Of a stretch of 64,000 nt of DNA, positions 29,801 through 44,849 are shown piece after piece (within the stretch, counting starts at the first letter, position 1; the number at the start of each line of letters is the position of its first letter). Position numbers and translations under genes: made by a program. The DNA lies in NCBI GenBank assembly GCA_964016885.1, contig OZ024742.1, positions 46,252,001 through 46,316,000 on the forward strand, read 5' to 3'. Source of the stretch: Eledone cirrhosa (lineage: Eukaryota). A model generated the notes under the pieces. The model saw nothing but the letters and a program-made list of their open reading frames with translations, was not told the DNA's origin and did no database searches.

Positions 29801-32800
29801 AACAAGAAAAAAGAAAACAACAACAACATTAACAACAACAACAACAACACCATTAACAACAACAACAATATCAAGAAGAAAAAAAAAAACAACAACATTA
29901 ACAACAACATCAACAACAACATCAACAAGAAAAAACAAAACAACAACATTAACAACAACAACATCAACAAGAAAAAAGAAAACAACACCATTAACAACAA
30001 CATCAACAAGAACAAAGAAAACAACATTAACAACAACATCAACAAGAAAAAAGAAAACAACAACATTAACAACAACAACATCAACAATTAAAACGAAAAC
30101 AACAACATTAACAACAACATCAACAAGAAAAAAGAAAAAAAAACAACAACAACATCAACAAAAAAAATGAAAACAACACCATTAACAACAACATCAACAA
30201 GAAAAAAGAAAACAACACCATTAACAACAACATCAACAAGAACAAAGAAAACAACATTAACAACAACATCAACAAGAAAAAAGAAAACAACATTAACAAC
30301 AACAACATCAACAAGAAAAAAGAAAACAACAACATTAACAACAACAACATCAACAAGAAAAAACAAAACAACAACATTAACAACAACAACAACATCAACA
30401 AGAAAAACGAAAAGAACAACATTAACAACAACAACAACATCAACAAGAAAAAAGAAAAAAACAACATTAACAACAACAATATCAAGAAGAAAAAAGAAAA
30501 AAACATTAACAACTACAACATCAACATCATCAAGAAAAAAGAAAACAACACGATTAACAACGACAACAACAACAACAATAAGAAAAAAGAAAACAACAAC
30601 ATTAACAACAACAACAAAAACATCAACAAGAAAAAAGAAAAAAAACACCATTAACAACAACAACAGCAATAACATCAACAAGAAAAAGAAAACAACATTA
30701 AAAACAACAACAACATCAACAAGGAAAAAGAAAACAACAACATTAGCAACAACAACATCAACAGGAAAAAAGAAAACAACAACATTAACAACAACAACAT
30801 CAACAACATCAACAAGAAAAACGAAAACAACACCATTAACAACAACAACATCAACAAGAAAAAAGAAAACAACAACATTAACAGCAACAACAACAACTAC
30901 AACATCAACAAGAAAAAAGAAAAACAATAACAACATTAACAACAACAACAACACCATTAACAACAACAACAACAGCAACATCAACAAGAAAAAAGAAAAC
31001 AACAACCATAAACAACAACAACAAGAACATCAACAAGAAAAAAGAAAACAACAACATTAACAACAACATCAACAAGAAAAACGAAAACAACAACATTAAC
31101 AACAACAACATCAACAAGAAAAAAGAAAAAAACAACATTAACAACAACATCAACATCAACAAGAAAAAAGAAAACAACACCATTAACAACGACAACAGCA
31201 ACAACAATAAGAAAAAAGAAAACAACAACATTAACAACATAAACATCAACAAGAAAAAAGAAAACAACACCATAAACAACAACAACAACATCAACAAGAA
31301 AAAAGAAAACAACAACATTAACAACAACAACATCAACAAGAAAAAAGAAAACAACAGCATTAACAACAACATCAACAAGAACAAAGAAAACAACATTAAC
31401 AACAACGTCAACAAGAAAAAAGAAAACAACAACATTAACAACAACAACACCATCAACAAAAAAAAAGAAAAAAACAACATTAACAACAACAAGAAAAAAC
31501 AAAAAAACATTAACAACTACAACAACATCAACAAGAAAAAATACAACAACAGCAACAACATCAACAAGAAAAAACAAAACAACAACATTAACAACAACAA
31601 CATCAACAAGAAAAAAGAAAATAACAACAACATTAACAACAACAACAACACCATTAACAACAACAACAATATCAAGAAGAAAAAAGAAAACAACAACATT
31701 AACAACAACATCAGCATCATCATCAACAAGAAAAAAGAAAACAACCCCATAAACAACCACAACAACATCAACAAGAAAAAACAAAACAACAACATTAACA
31801 ACAACAACAACACCATTAACAACAACAACAACATCAACAAGAAAACACAAAACAACAACATTAACAACAACAATATCAACAAGAAAAAAGAAAACAACAA
31901 TATTAACAACAACACCATTAACAACAACAACAAAACCAACAAGAAAAAACAAAACAACAACATTAATAACAACAATATCAACAAGAAAAAAGAAAACAAC
32001 AACATTAACAACAACATCAACATCAACATCAACATCAACAAGAAAAAAGAAAACAACACCATAAACAACAACAACATCAACAAGTAAAAAGAAAACAACA
32101 ACATTAACAACAACATCAACATGAACATCAACAAGAAAAAAGAAAACAACACCATAAACAACAACAACAACATCAACAAGAAAAAACAAAACAACAACAT
32201 TAACAAGAAAAAAGAAAACAACAACAACATTAACAACAACAACAACACCATTAACAACAACAACATCAACATCAACAAGAAAAAGAAAACAACACCATAA
32301 ACAACAACAACAACATCAACAAGAAAAAACAAAACAACATCAACAAGAAAAAAGAAAACATGGCCATTAACAACAACAACACCAACAAGAAAAACGAAAA
32401 CAACAACATTAACAACAACAACATCAACAAGAAAAAAGAAAACAACACCATTAACAACAACATCAACAAGAACAAAGAAAACAACATTAACGACAACATC
32501 AACAAGAAAAAAGGAAACAACAACATTAACAACAACACATCAACAAAAAAAAGAAAAAATAACATTAACAACAACAAGAAAAAAGAAAAAAACATTAACA
32601 ACTAGAACAACAACAACATCAACAAGAAAAAAAACAACATTAACAACAACATCAACAACAACATCAACAAGAAAAAAGAAAACAACACTATAAACAACAA
32701 CAGCAACAACAACATCAACAAGAAAAAACAAACAACAAGAAAAAAGAAAACAACAACAACATTAACAACAACAACAACAACACCATTAACAACAACAACA

Positions 32801-35346
32801 ATATCAAGAAGAAAAAAGAAAACAACAACATTAACAACAACATCAACATCAACATCAACAAGAAAAAAGAAAACAACACCATAAACAACAACAACATCAA
32901 CAAGAAAAAACAAAACAACAACATTAACAACAACAACAACACCATTAACAACAACAACAACATCAACAAGAAAAAACAAAACAACAACATTAACAACAAC
33001 AACATCAACAAGAAAAAAAAATGTAACAACAACAACAAGAAAAAACAAAACAACAACATTAACAACAACAACATAAACATCAACAAGAAAAAAGAAAACA
33101 ACACCATAAACAACAACAACACCATCAACAAGAAAAAAGAAAAAAACATTAACCACAACAACAACATCAACATCAACAAGAAAAAAGAAAACAACACCAT
33201 TAACAACAACAACAACAACAACAACAAGAACAAAGAAAACAACAACATAAAACAACAACATCAACATCAACATCAATAAGAAAAAAGAAAACGACACCAT
33301 AAACAACAACATCAACAAGAAAATAAAAAACAACAACATTAACAACAACAACATCAACAAGAAAAACGAAAACAAGAACAACAACATCAACAAGAAAAAA
33401 CAAAACAACAACATCAACAAGAAAAAAGAAAACAACAACAACAACAACATCAACAAGAAAAACAAAACAACAACATTAATAACAACACCAACATCAACAA
33501 GAGAAAAGAAAACAACACCATTAACAACAACATCAACAAGAACAAAGAAAACAACATTAACAACAACATCAACAAGAAAATAGAAAACAACAACATTAAC
33601 AACAACAACAAAATCAACAAGAAAAAAGAAAACAACACCATTAACAACAACATCAACAAGAAAAAAAACAACATTAACAACAACAACAACAACATCAACA
33701 AGAAAAAAGAAAACAACAACACCATTAACAACAATAACAACACCATTAACAACAACAATATCAAGAAGAAAAAAGAAAACAACAACATTAACAACAACAA
33801 CATCAACAAGAAAAAACAAAACAACAACATTAACAACAACAATATCAACAAGAAAAAAGAAAACAACAACATTAACAACAACAACATCAACAAGAAAAAA
33901 GAAAACAACAACATTAACAACAACAATAACAACAACAAAAACAAGAAAAAACAAAACAACAACATTAACAACAACAACAACACCATTAACAACAACAACA
34001 ATATCAACAAGAAAAAAGAAAACAACAACATTAACAACAACATCAACAAGAAAAAAGAAAAAAAAAATAACAACAACAACAACATCAACAACATCAACAA
34101 GAAAAAAGAAAACAACACCATTAACAACAACATGAACAAGAAAAAAGAAAAAAAAACATTAACAACAACAACATAAACATCAACAAGAAAAAAGAAAACA
34201 ACACCATAAACAACAACAACACCATCAACAAGAAAAAACAAAACAACAACATTAACAACAACATGAACAAGAAAAAAGAAAAAAAAACATTAACAACAAC
34301 AACAAGAAAAAAGAAAACCACAACATTAACAACAACAACATCAACATCAACAAGAAAAAAGAAAACAACACCATTAACAACAACAACAACAACAATAACA
34401 ACAAGAAAAAAGAAAACGACACCATAAACAACAACAACAACATCAACAAGAAAATAGAAAACAACAACATTAACAACAACAACATCAACAAGAAAAACGA
34501 AAACAAGAACAACAACATCAACAAGAAAAAACAAAACAACAACATTAACAACAACAACAACATCAACAAGAAAAAAGAAAACAACAACAACAACATCAAC
34601 AAGAAAAACAAAACAACAACATTAATAACAACAATATCAACAAGAAAAAAGAAAACAACAACATTAACAACAACATCAACATCAACATCAACAAGCAAAA
34701 GAAAACAACAACATTAACAACAACAGCAACATCAATATCAACAAGAAAAAAGAAAACAACACCATTAAAAACAACAACATCCAACAAGAAAAACGAAAGC
34801 AACAACATGAACAAGAAAAAGAAAACAACACCATTAACAACAACATCAACAAGAACAAAGAAAACAACATTAACAACAACATGAACAAGAAAAAAAACAA
34901 CATTAACAACAACAACATCAAGAAAAAAGAAAACAACATTAACAACAACAACAACATCAACAAGAAAAAAGAAAACAACACCATTAACAACAACATCAAC
35001 AAGAAAAAAAACAACATTAACAACAACAACATCAAGAAAAAAGAAAACAACATTAACAACAACAACAACAACAACATCAACAAGAAAAAAGAAAACAACA
35101 ACAACATTAACAACAACAACAACAACAACACCATTAACAACAACAATATCAAGAAGAAAAAAGAAAACAACAACATTAACAACAACCACAACATCAACAA
35201 GAAAAAACAAAACAACAACATTAACAACAAAAATATCAACAAGAAAAAAGAAAACAACAACATTAACAACAACAACATCAACAAGAAAAAAGGAAAAAAA
35301 CATTAACAACAACAACATCAACAAGAAAAAAGAAAACAACACCATT

Positions 35347-35387
<41 letters not shown>

Positions 35388-38300
35388 GAAAAAAGAAAAC
35401 AACATAAAACAACAACCTCAACATCAACATCAAAAAGAAAAAAGAAAACGACACCATAAACAACAACAACATCAACAAGAAAATAGAAAACAAGAACAAC
35501 AACATCAACAAGAAAAAAGAAAACAACAACAACAACATCAACAAGAAAAACAAAACAACAACATTAATAACAACAATATCAACAAGAAAAAAGAAAACAA
35601 CAACATTAACAACAACATCAACATCAACATCAACAAGAAAAAGAAAACAACAACATCAACAAGAAAAAAGAAAACAACACCATTAACAACAACAACAACA
35701 TCAAAAAGAAAAACGAAAACAACACCATTAACAACAACAACATCAACACGAAAAAAGAAAACAACAACACCATTAACAACAACAACAACAACAACAAGAA
35801 AAACGAAAACAACAACATTAACAACAACATCAACATCAACATCAACAAGAAAAAGAAAACAACAACATTAACATCAACAAGGAAAAAGAAAACAACACCA
35901 TTAACAACAACAACAACAACAACAACAACAAGAAACTAGAAAACAACAACATTAACAACAACATCAACAAGAAAAACGAAAACAAGAACAACAACAACAT
36001 CAACAAGAAAAAACAAAACAACAACATTAACAACAACAACACCATTAACAACAACATCAACAAGAAAAAACAAAACAACAACATTAACAACAACAACACC
36101 ATTAACAACAACAATACACCAACAAGAAAAAAGAAAACAACAACATTAACAACAACATCAACATGAACAAGAAAAAAGAAAACAACAACATTAAAAACAA
36201 CAACAACAACATCAACAAGAAAAAAGAAAACAACGCCATTAACAACAACAACATCAACAAGAAAAACTAAAACAACATTAACAACAACAACAACATCAAC
36301 ATCAACAAGGAAAAAGAAAATAACACCATTAACAACAACAACAACAACATCAAGAAACTAGAAAACAACAACATTAACAACAACAAGAAAAAAGAAAAAA
36401 ACATTAACAACTACAACAACAACAACATCAACAAGAAAAAAATCAACAACATTAACAACAACATCAACAACAACATCAACAAGAAAAAAGAAAACAACAC
36501 TATAAACAACAACAGCAACAACAACATCAACAAGAAAAAAGAAAACAACAACATTAACAAGAAAAAAGAAAACAACAGCAACATTAACAACAACAACACC
36601 ATTAACAACAACAACAACATCAACAAGAAAAAAGAAAACAACAAAATCAACAACAACATCAACATCAACATCAACAAGAAAACACAAAACAACAACATTA
36701 ACAACAACAATATCAACAAGAAAAAAGAAAACAACAATATTAACAACAACACCATTAACAACAACAACAAAACCAACAAGAAAAAACAAAACAACAACAT
36801 TAATAACAACAATATCAACAAGAAAAAAGAAAACAACAACATTAACAACAACATCAACATCAACATCAACATCAACAAGAAAAAAGAAAACAACACCATA
36901 AACAACAACAACATCAACAAGTAAAAAGAAAACAACAACATTAACAACAACATCAACATGAACATCAACAAGAAAAAAGAAAACAACACCATAAACAACA
37001 ACAACAACATCAACAAGAAAAAACAAAACAACAACATTAACAAGAAAAAAGAAAACAACAACAACATTAACAACAACAACAACACCATTAACAACAACAA
37101 CATCAACATCAACAAGAAAAAAGAAAACAACACCATAAACAACAACAACAACATCAACAAGAAAAAACAAAACAACATCAACAAGAAAAAAGAAAACATG
37201 GCCATTAACAACAACAACACCAACAAGAAAAACGAAAACAACAACATTAACAACAACAACATCAACAAGAAAAAAGAAAACAACACCATTAACAACAACA
37301 TCAACAAGAACAAAGAAAACAACATTAACGACAACATCAACAAGAAAAAAGGAAACAACAACATTAACAACAACACATCAACAAAAAAAAGAAAAAATAA
37401 CATTAACAACAACAAGAAAAAAGAAAAAAACATTAACAACTAGAACAACAACAACATCAACAAGAAAAAAAACAACATTAACAACAACATCAACAACAAC
37501 ATCAACAAGAAAAAAGAAAACAACACTATAAACAACAACAGCAACAACAACATCAACAAGAAAAAACAAGCAACAAGAAAAAAGAAAACAACAACAACAT
37601 TAACAACAACAACAACAACACCATTAACAACAACAACAATATCAAGAAGAAAAAAGAAAACAACAACATTAACAACAACATCAACATCAACATCAACAAG
37701 AAAAAAGAAAACAACACCATAAACAACAACAACATCAACAAGAAAAAACAAAACAACAACATTAACAACAACAACAACACCATTAACAACAACAACAACA
37801 TCAACAAGAAAAAACAAAACAACAACATTAACAACAACAACATCAACAAGAAAAAAAAATGTAACAACAACAAGAAAAAACAAAACAACAACATTAACAA
37901 CAACAACATAAACATCAACAAGAAAAAAGAAAACAACACCATAAACAACAACAACACCATCAACAAGAAAAAAGAAAAAAACATTAACCACAACAACAAC
38001 AACATCAACATCAACAAGAAAAAAGAAAACAACACCATTAACAACAACAACAACAACAACAACAAGAACAAAGAAAACAACAACATAAAACAACAACATC
38101 AACATCAACATCAATAAGAAAAAAGAAAACGACACCATAAACAACAACATCAACAAGAAAATAAAAAACAACAACATTAACAACAACAACATCAACAAGA
38201 AAAACGAAAACAAGAACAACAACATCAACAAGAAAAAACAAAACAACAACATCAACAAGAAAAAAGAAAACAACAACAACAACAACATCAACATGAAAAA

Positions 38301-40223
38301 CAAAACAACAACATTAATAACAACACCAACATCAACAAGAGAAAAGAAAACAACACCATTAACAACAACATCAACAAGAACAAAGAAAACAACATTAACA
38401 ACAACATCAACAAGAAAATAGAAAACAACAACATTAACAACAACAACAAAATCAACAAGAAAAAAGAAAACAACACCATTAACAACAACATCAACAAGAA
38501 AAAAAACAACATTAACAACAACAACAACAACATCAACAAGAAAAAAGAAAACAACAACACCATTAACAACAACAACAACACCATTAACAACAACAATATC
38601 AAGAAGAAAAAAGAAAACAACAACATTAACAACAACAACATCAACAAGAAAAAACAAAACAACAACATTAACAACAACAATATCAACAAGAAAAAAGAAA
38701 ACAACAACATTAACAACAACAACATCAACAAGAAAAAAGAAAACAACAACATTAACAACAACAATAACAACAACAAAAACAAGAAAAAACAAAACAACAA
38801 CATTAACAACAACAACAACACCATTAACAACAACAACAATATCAACAAGAAAAAAGAAAACAACAACATTAACAACAACATCAACAAGAAAAAAGAAAAA
38901 AAAATTAACAACAACAACAACATCAACAACATCAACAAGAAAAAAGAAAACAACACCATTAACAACAACATGAACAAGAAAAAAGAAAAAAAAACATTAA
39001 CAACAACAACAACAAGAAAAAAGAAAACCACAACATTAACAACAACAACATAAACATCAACAAGAAAAAAGAAAACAACACCATAAACAACAACAACACC
39101 ATCAACAAGAAAAAACAAAACAACAACATTAACAACAACATGAACAAGAAAAAAGAAAAAAAAACATTAACAACAACAACAAGAAAAAAGAAAACCACAA
39201 CATTAACAACAACAACATCAACATCAACAAGAAAAAAGAAAACAACACCATTAACAACAACAACAACAACAATAACAACAAGAAAAAAGAAAACGACACC
39301 ATAAACAACAACAACAACATCAACAAGAAAATAGAAAACAACAACATTAACAACAACAACATCAACAAGAAAAACGAAAACAAGAACAACAACATCAACA
39401 AGAAAAAACAAAACAACAACATTAACAACAACAACAACATCAACAAGAAAAAAGAAAACAACAACAACAACATCAACAAGAAAAACAAAACAACAACATT
39501 AATAACAACAATATCAACAAGAAAAAAGAAAACAACAACATTAACAACAACATCAACATCAACATCAACAAGCAAAAGAAAACAACAACATTAACAACAA
39601 CAGCAACATCAATATCAACAAGAAAAAAGAAAACAACACCATTAAAAACAACAACATCCAACAAGAAAAACGAAAGCAACAACATGAACAAGAAAAAGAA
39701 AACAACACCATTAACAACAACATCAACAAGAACAAAGAAAACAACATTAACAACAACATGAACAAGAAAAAAAACAACATTAACAACAACAACATCAAGA
39801 AAAAAGAAAACAACATTAACAACAACAACAACATCAACAAGAAAAAAGAAAACAACACCATTAACAACAACATCAACAAGAAAAAAAACAACATTAACAA
39901 CAACAACATCAAGAAAAAAGAAAACAACATTAACAACAACAACAACAACAACATCAACAAGAAAAAAGAAAACAACAACAACATTAACAACAACAACAAC
40001 AACAACACCATTAACAACAACAATATCAAGAAGAAAAAAGAAAACAACAACATTAACAACAACCACAACATCAACAAGAAAAAACAAAACAACAACATTA
40101 ACAACAAAAATATCAACAAGAAAAAAGAAAACAACAACATTAACAACAACAACATCAACAAGAAAAAAGGAAAAAAACATTAACAACAACAACATCAACA
40201 AGAAAAAAGAAAACAACACCATT

Positions 40224-40264
<41 letters not shown>

Positions 40265-42061
40265 GAAAAAAGAAAACAACATAAAACAACAACCTCAACA
40301 TCAACATCAAAAAGAAAAAAGAAAACGACACCATAAACAACAACAACATCAACAAGAAAATAGAAAACAAGAACAACAACATCAACAAGAAAAAAGAAAA
40401 CAACAACAACAACATCAACAAGAAAAACAAAACAACAACATTAATAACAACAATATCAACAAGAAAAAAGAAAACAACAACATTAACAACAACATCAACA
40501 TCAACATCAACAAGAAAAAGAAAACAACAACATCAACAAGAAAAAAGAAAACAACACCATTAACAACAACAACAACATCAAAAAGAAAAACGAAAACAAC
40601 ACCATTAACAACAACAACATCAACACGAAAAAAGAAAACAACAACACCATTAACAACAACAACAACAACAACAAGAAAAACGAAAACAACAACATTAACA
40701 ACAACATCAACATCAACATCAACAAGAAAAAGAAAACAACAACATTAACATCAACAAGGAAAAAGAAAACAACACCATTAACAACAACAACAACAACAAC
40801 AACAACAAGAAACTAGAAAACAACAACATTAACAACAACATCAACAAGAAAAACGAAAACAAGAACAACAACAACATCAACAAGAAAAAACAAAACAACA
40901 ACATTAACAACAACAACACCATTAACAACAACATCAACAAGAAAAAACAAAACAACAACATTAACAACAACAACACCATTAACAACAACAATACACCAAC
41001 AAGAAAAAAGAAAACAACAACATTAACAACAACATCAACATGAACAAGAAAAAAGAAAACAACAACATTAAAAACAACAACAACAACATCAACAAGAAAA
41101 AAGAAAACAACGCCATTAACAACAACAACATCAACAAGAAAAACTAAAACAACATTAACAACAACAACAACATCAACATCAACAAGGAAAAAGAAAATAA
41201 CACCATTAACAACAACAACAACAACATCAAGAAACTAGAAAACAACAACATTAACAACAACAAGAAAAAAGAAAAAAACATTAACAACTACAACAACAAC
41301 AACATCAACAAGAAAAAAATCAACAACATTAACAACAACATCAACAACAACATCAACAAGAAAAAAGAAAACAACACTATAAACAACAACAGCAACAACA
41401 ACATCAACAAGAAAAAAGAAAACAACAACATTAACAAGAAAAAAGAAAACAACAGCAACATTAACAACAACAACACCATTAACAACAACAACATCAACAA
41501 GAAAAAAGAAAACAACAAAATCAACAACAACATCAACATCAACATCAACAAGAAAAAATACAACAACACCATAAACAACAACAACAACATCAACAAGAAA
41601 AAACAAAACAACAACATTAACAACAACAACAACACCAACAAGAATAACGAAAACAACAACATTAACAACAACAACATCAACAAGAAAAAAAGAAAACAAC
41701 ACCATTAACAACAACATCAACAAGAACAAAGAAAACAACATTAACAACAACATCAACAAGAAAAAAGAAAACAACAGCATTAACAACAACAACAACATCA
41801 ACAAGAAAAAAGAAAACAAGAACAACATCAACAAGAACCATAAACAACAACAACAACAACATCAACAAGAAAAAACAAAACAACAACATTAACAACAACA
41901 ACATCAACAAGAAAAAAGAAAACAACGCCATTAACAACAACAACACCAACAAGAAAAACGAAAACAACAACATTAACAACAACAACATCAACAAGAAAAA
42001 AGAAAACAACACCATTAACAACAACATCAACAAGAACAAAGAAAACAACATTAACAACAAC
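9751..42061. repeat. ~32 kb A/C-rich minisatellite array (36-42 bp unit, approximately aacaacatcaacaagaaaaaagaaaacaacaacatt) with higher-order repeats
   Basis: Direct. A rare aaaaGGaaac variant recurs at 17110, 18989, 21640, 24226, 26834, 29579, 32513 and 37351. Confidence 0.97.
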
Positions 42062-42320
42062 ATGTGGTGGTTGTTGCAGCGGGTGTCGCTGACCATTGTC
42101 CCCGGAAATTCTTTTGCCATTTTCCCGCGTTATGCAGTGGAAACACCGCTCTGACCTAGGTGTAGAGTTGTCCCCCTTTTCTTTCCTTTATCTAGTAGGC
42201 CTTACTCTTCCTCTCCTTTTCCTCTCATTTATGGCATTTATAGTCCTTTCCAATACTGCTTTCTTTTTCTGTATGTTTAACCAACTTATAATTATATCAA
42301 GAATAAATAAACACTATTTT
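42062..42320 (+). mobile_element. 3' fragment of a second CRE-clade retrotransposon
   Basis: Translates as WWLLQRVSLTIVPGNSFAIF (QR.S....GN motif), then a pyrimidine-rich UTR and aataaataaa. Confidence 0.65.
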
Positions 42321-42769
42321 AATTAATTAAACACAAATAAATTGGTAAAAAACAAGATATGTAATTAACTTTCAATGTTTTCTGTGGGAAATCAGGCAAT
42401 TACTAAGGTAATATTGAAGTGACATTATCCATTTAGTGGCATGGACAACCATTGAAGACTTCCGTGTTTATAGAGTGTAATCTAAATCAGTCGTTCTATA
42501 ATATACAAGCAATCCAACACACATCAGAAGTAATGTTAAATTATCTGATTAGTGACAAAGACAACCACGTGTTTATATAGTGTATCGTACGGTAAGTTAG
42601 TTTGGCAGGACTTAGTTTTACTGTAACTCATCTACACAAGGAATTTAACACTCATCAATCATTAAAGAGGTAATTGTGTGCCTAAATTCAACTAACTATT
42701 CGCTTCTACGTAGTCTATGTCATTTAAAAGGACTAATATATCTCTGTTATGGAAGCAACGCAAAGCAGG

Positions 42770-42892
42770 TCTTGTTGATTTCTCTTATAATTCAATTGAC
42801 ACCTTAAGATGCTTTATATAAGATTATTAAATCTTGTTTTCTGTTATAATTCCATTGACATTCTAAGATGTATTATATAGGAGTATTAAATT
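42770..42892. repeat. Diverged ~60 bp tandem duplication
   Basis: ttataattc.attgaca...taagatg..ttatata occurs twice. Confidence 0.7.
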
Positions 42893-42899
42893 ATGTTAA

Positions 42900-43045
42900 T
42901 TACTTGACTTCAGTTTTATTTTACCGGTCCAGACAATACAAAAGTCTCAAGCTGACTTCGACAAGATTTGAACTCAAAATGTAAATGACTGTATTTGAAA
43001 TATCGGAAGGAATTTTCTATGACGCTATAATGATTCTGTCAATCA
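42900..43045 (-). mobile_element. Degenerate SINE
   Basis: aagctgacttcgacaagatttgaactcaaaatg resembles the SINE core and B box seen elsewhere in the window. Confidence 0.55.
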
Positions 43046-43237
43046 AAAGACACAAACTAATAATCCCTTGGCCTGTAGTTTTTTTCCATATCGATCCCGA
43101 TATTATCTCTGATTTCTTTAAACTTTAATAGTAAAATAATAATAAAAAAAAAATAAAAACAACAAAAAGAAACAAAAGAAAATAATTGGAAACTGTTAGA
43201 CATTTCTAATTGATTTATTAGTGAATCAAACGATTGG

Positions 43238-43452
43238 GTGGTGGATTAGCAGAGCGGGTAAAACATCGGATAAATACCATTGCCGTGTTTTTCTGGTTCT
43301 TAATATTCTGAGGTTAGATCTCTCCGTTATAAATTTTACTTTTCCTTCTTCTGAGGTCGAAAAATTAAAGTACCAATCAAGTACTGGAATTGAGTTAATA
43401 AAATTTGCCCTTCCATCAAATTAACTACTTCGTGACTAAATTAGAAATCACT
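43238..43452 (+). mobile_element. Degenerate SINE
   Basis: tagcagagcgggtaaaacatcgg head, then tttccttcttctgaggtcgaaaaattaaagtaccaatcaagtactgg, the reverse complement of the core in the minus-strand copies. Confidence 0.6.
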
Positions 43453-43681
43453 GTTTTTATTGATCTCGCATTAGGTTGTTGGGTGACCTGAGAGTTTGTA
43501 TAACAGAGCGAATAAAATAAGGAAGGCGCTTTAATACAAAAGGTTTATTTCTCCAGCTAGCAGCCAACCTTCTCTTTCCTCTGTACAACGACGACTACAC
43601 CTTAATTTTATTCTTAAATCTAAATAGGATAACATACCTCTTTAATAAAATCAAGATAGTCAACGAGTCAATGATGGTATA

Positions 43682-43950
43682 TCTTCTTCTTCTTCTTCTT
43701 CTTCTTCTTCTTCTTCTTCTTCTTCTTCTTCTTCTTCTTCTTCTTCTTCTTCTGGAAATGGGGGAGGGGGAGGAGGAGGTAGAGTCCTTAGACACTCCTT
43801 CCAGATGATTCTACTAGAAGCAACCGGCTCTAAATGATTTGGATGGACCCCCAAGCGAGACCAGCCGATGTTATCCAACCATTTTGCTTGTGGTCTACCT
43901 TTGGGTCTCCAGTCTCCAGTAGCGACTCTCTGATCGCCAAATTGAGGAAA
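43682..43950 (-). mobile_element. RTE-clade LINE 3' end with (GAA)n tail
   Basis: Peptide RPKGRPQAKWLDNI...VASSRIIWK is typical of an RTE (Expander/Rex3-like) C-terminus. (CTT)n lies at 43682-43752. Confidence 0.7.
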
Positions 43951-44039
43951 TGTCCATTTTCTAATAAGCATACCCGATCATATCTAACCAAAAGCTAAAT
44001 AATAACAACAGCCATCAGTTAGAAACTTGGATATGTCTG

Positions 44040-44090
<51 letters not shown>

Positions 44091-44351
44091 AACGAATCCA
44101 GAATTAGCCGTCGAAACGGCTTGAGCTCAGCCGTCGGGGTCCTACTCGTTCCTATTACCCACTCTACTATCCTAAGTATTGCGTACTCTGGTGCGTTATG
44201 GTCCACTTGGTTCCTTACCACATTTCCTTCGTTATATATATATATATATATATTATAGTAGAACACTCGTGGGTTATATCCGTAGTAGTAGAGCACTCAG
44301 TCCATGGGACGAGTTTGGTAGAAGTAGTTCCTCAACAGTTAGTTCACCATT

Positions 44352-44395
44352 ACCGAGAACAATTGTGTCACCTTATTCAGATCATCAGCTCGGTT
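44352..44395 (-). ncRNA. Degenerate minimal hammerhead ribozyme (left arm of an inverted repeat)
   Basis: Minus strand reads ACCGAG CUGAUGA UCUGAAUAAGGU GACAC AAUU GUU CUCGGU. Stem I is perfect but GAAA is mutated to GACA. Confidence 0.6.
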
Positions 44396-44420
44396 TTCCT
44401 TTTCCGTACAACCTCATTTA

Positions 44421-44465
44421 AACGGAGCTGATGATCCGAATAAGGTGAAACAATTGTTCTCGGTT
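44421..44465 (+). ncRNA. Minimal type I hammerhead ribozyme motif (Penelope-like)
   Basis: AACGGAG CUGAUGA UCCGAAUAAGGU GAAAC AAUU GUU CUCGGUU. It lies in an inverted repeat (44322-44396 and 44420-44494) that ends in (CT)n. Confidence 0.7.
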
Positions 44466-44490
44466 ATGGTGAATTAACTGTTGTGGAACT

Positions 44491-44722
<232 letters not shown>

Positions 44723-44849
44723 GTAATATTTATATTTATATTTATATATGTTTGATATAACTATAAATATGTAGGGTAGTACTAAGTTCTAGCCGGTTAT
44801 CGGTATGACAAAAGGTTCAATGCAAATTTTCAAGTGTTTTACAGAGCCG

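Noticed and set aside
9751-42061. Hydrophobic and N/K/T-rich ORFs as real genes, or the array as a CRISPR
   Set aside because: They are translations of a low-complexity repeat with recurring frame switches. There are no unique spacers and no cas genes, and the context is eukaryotic.
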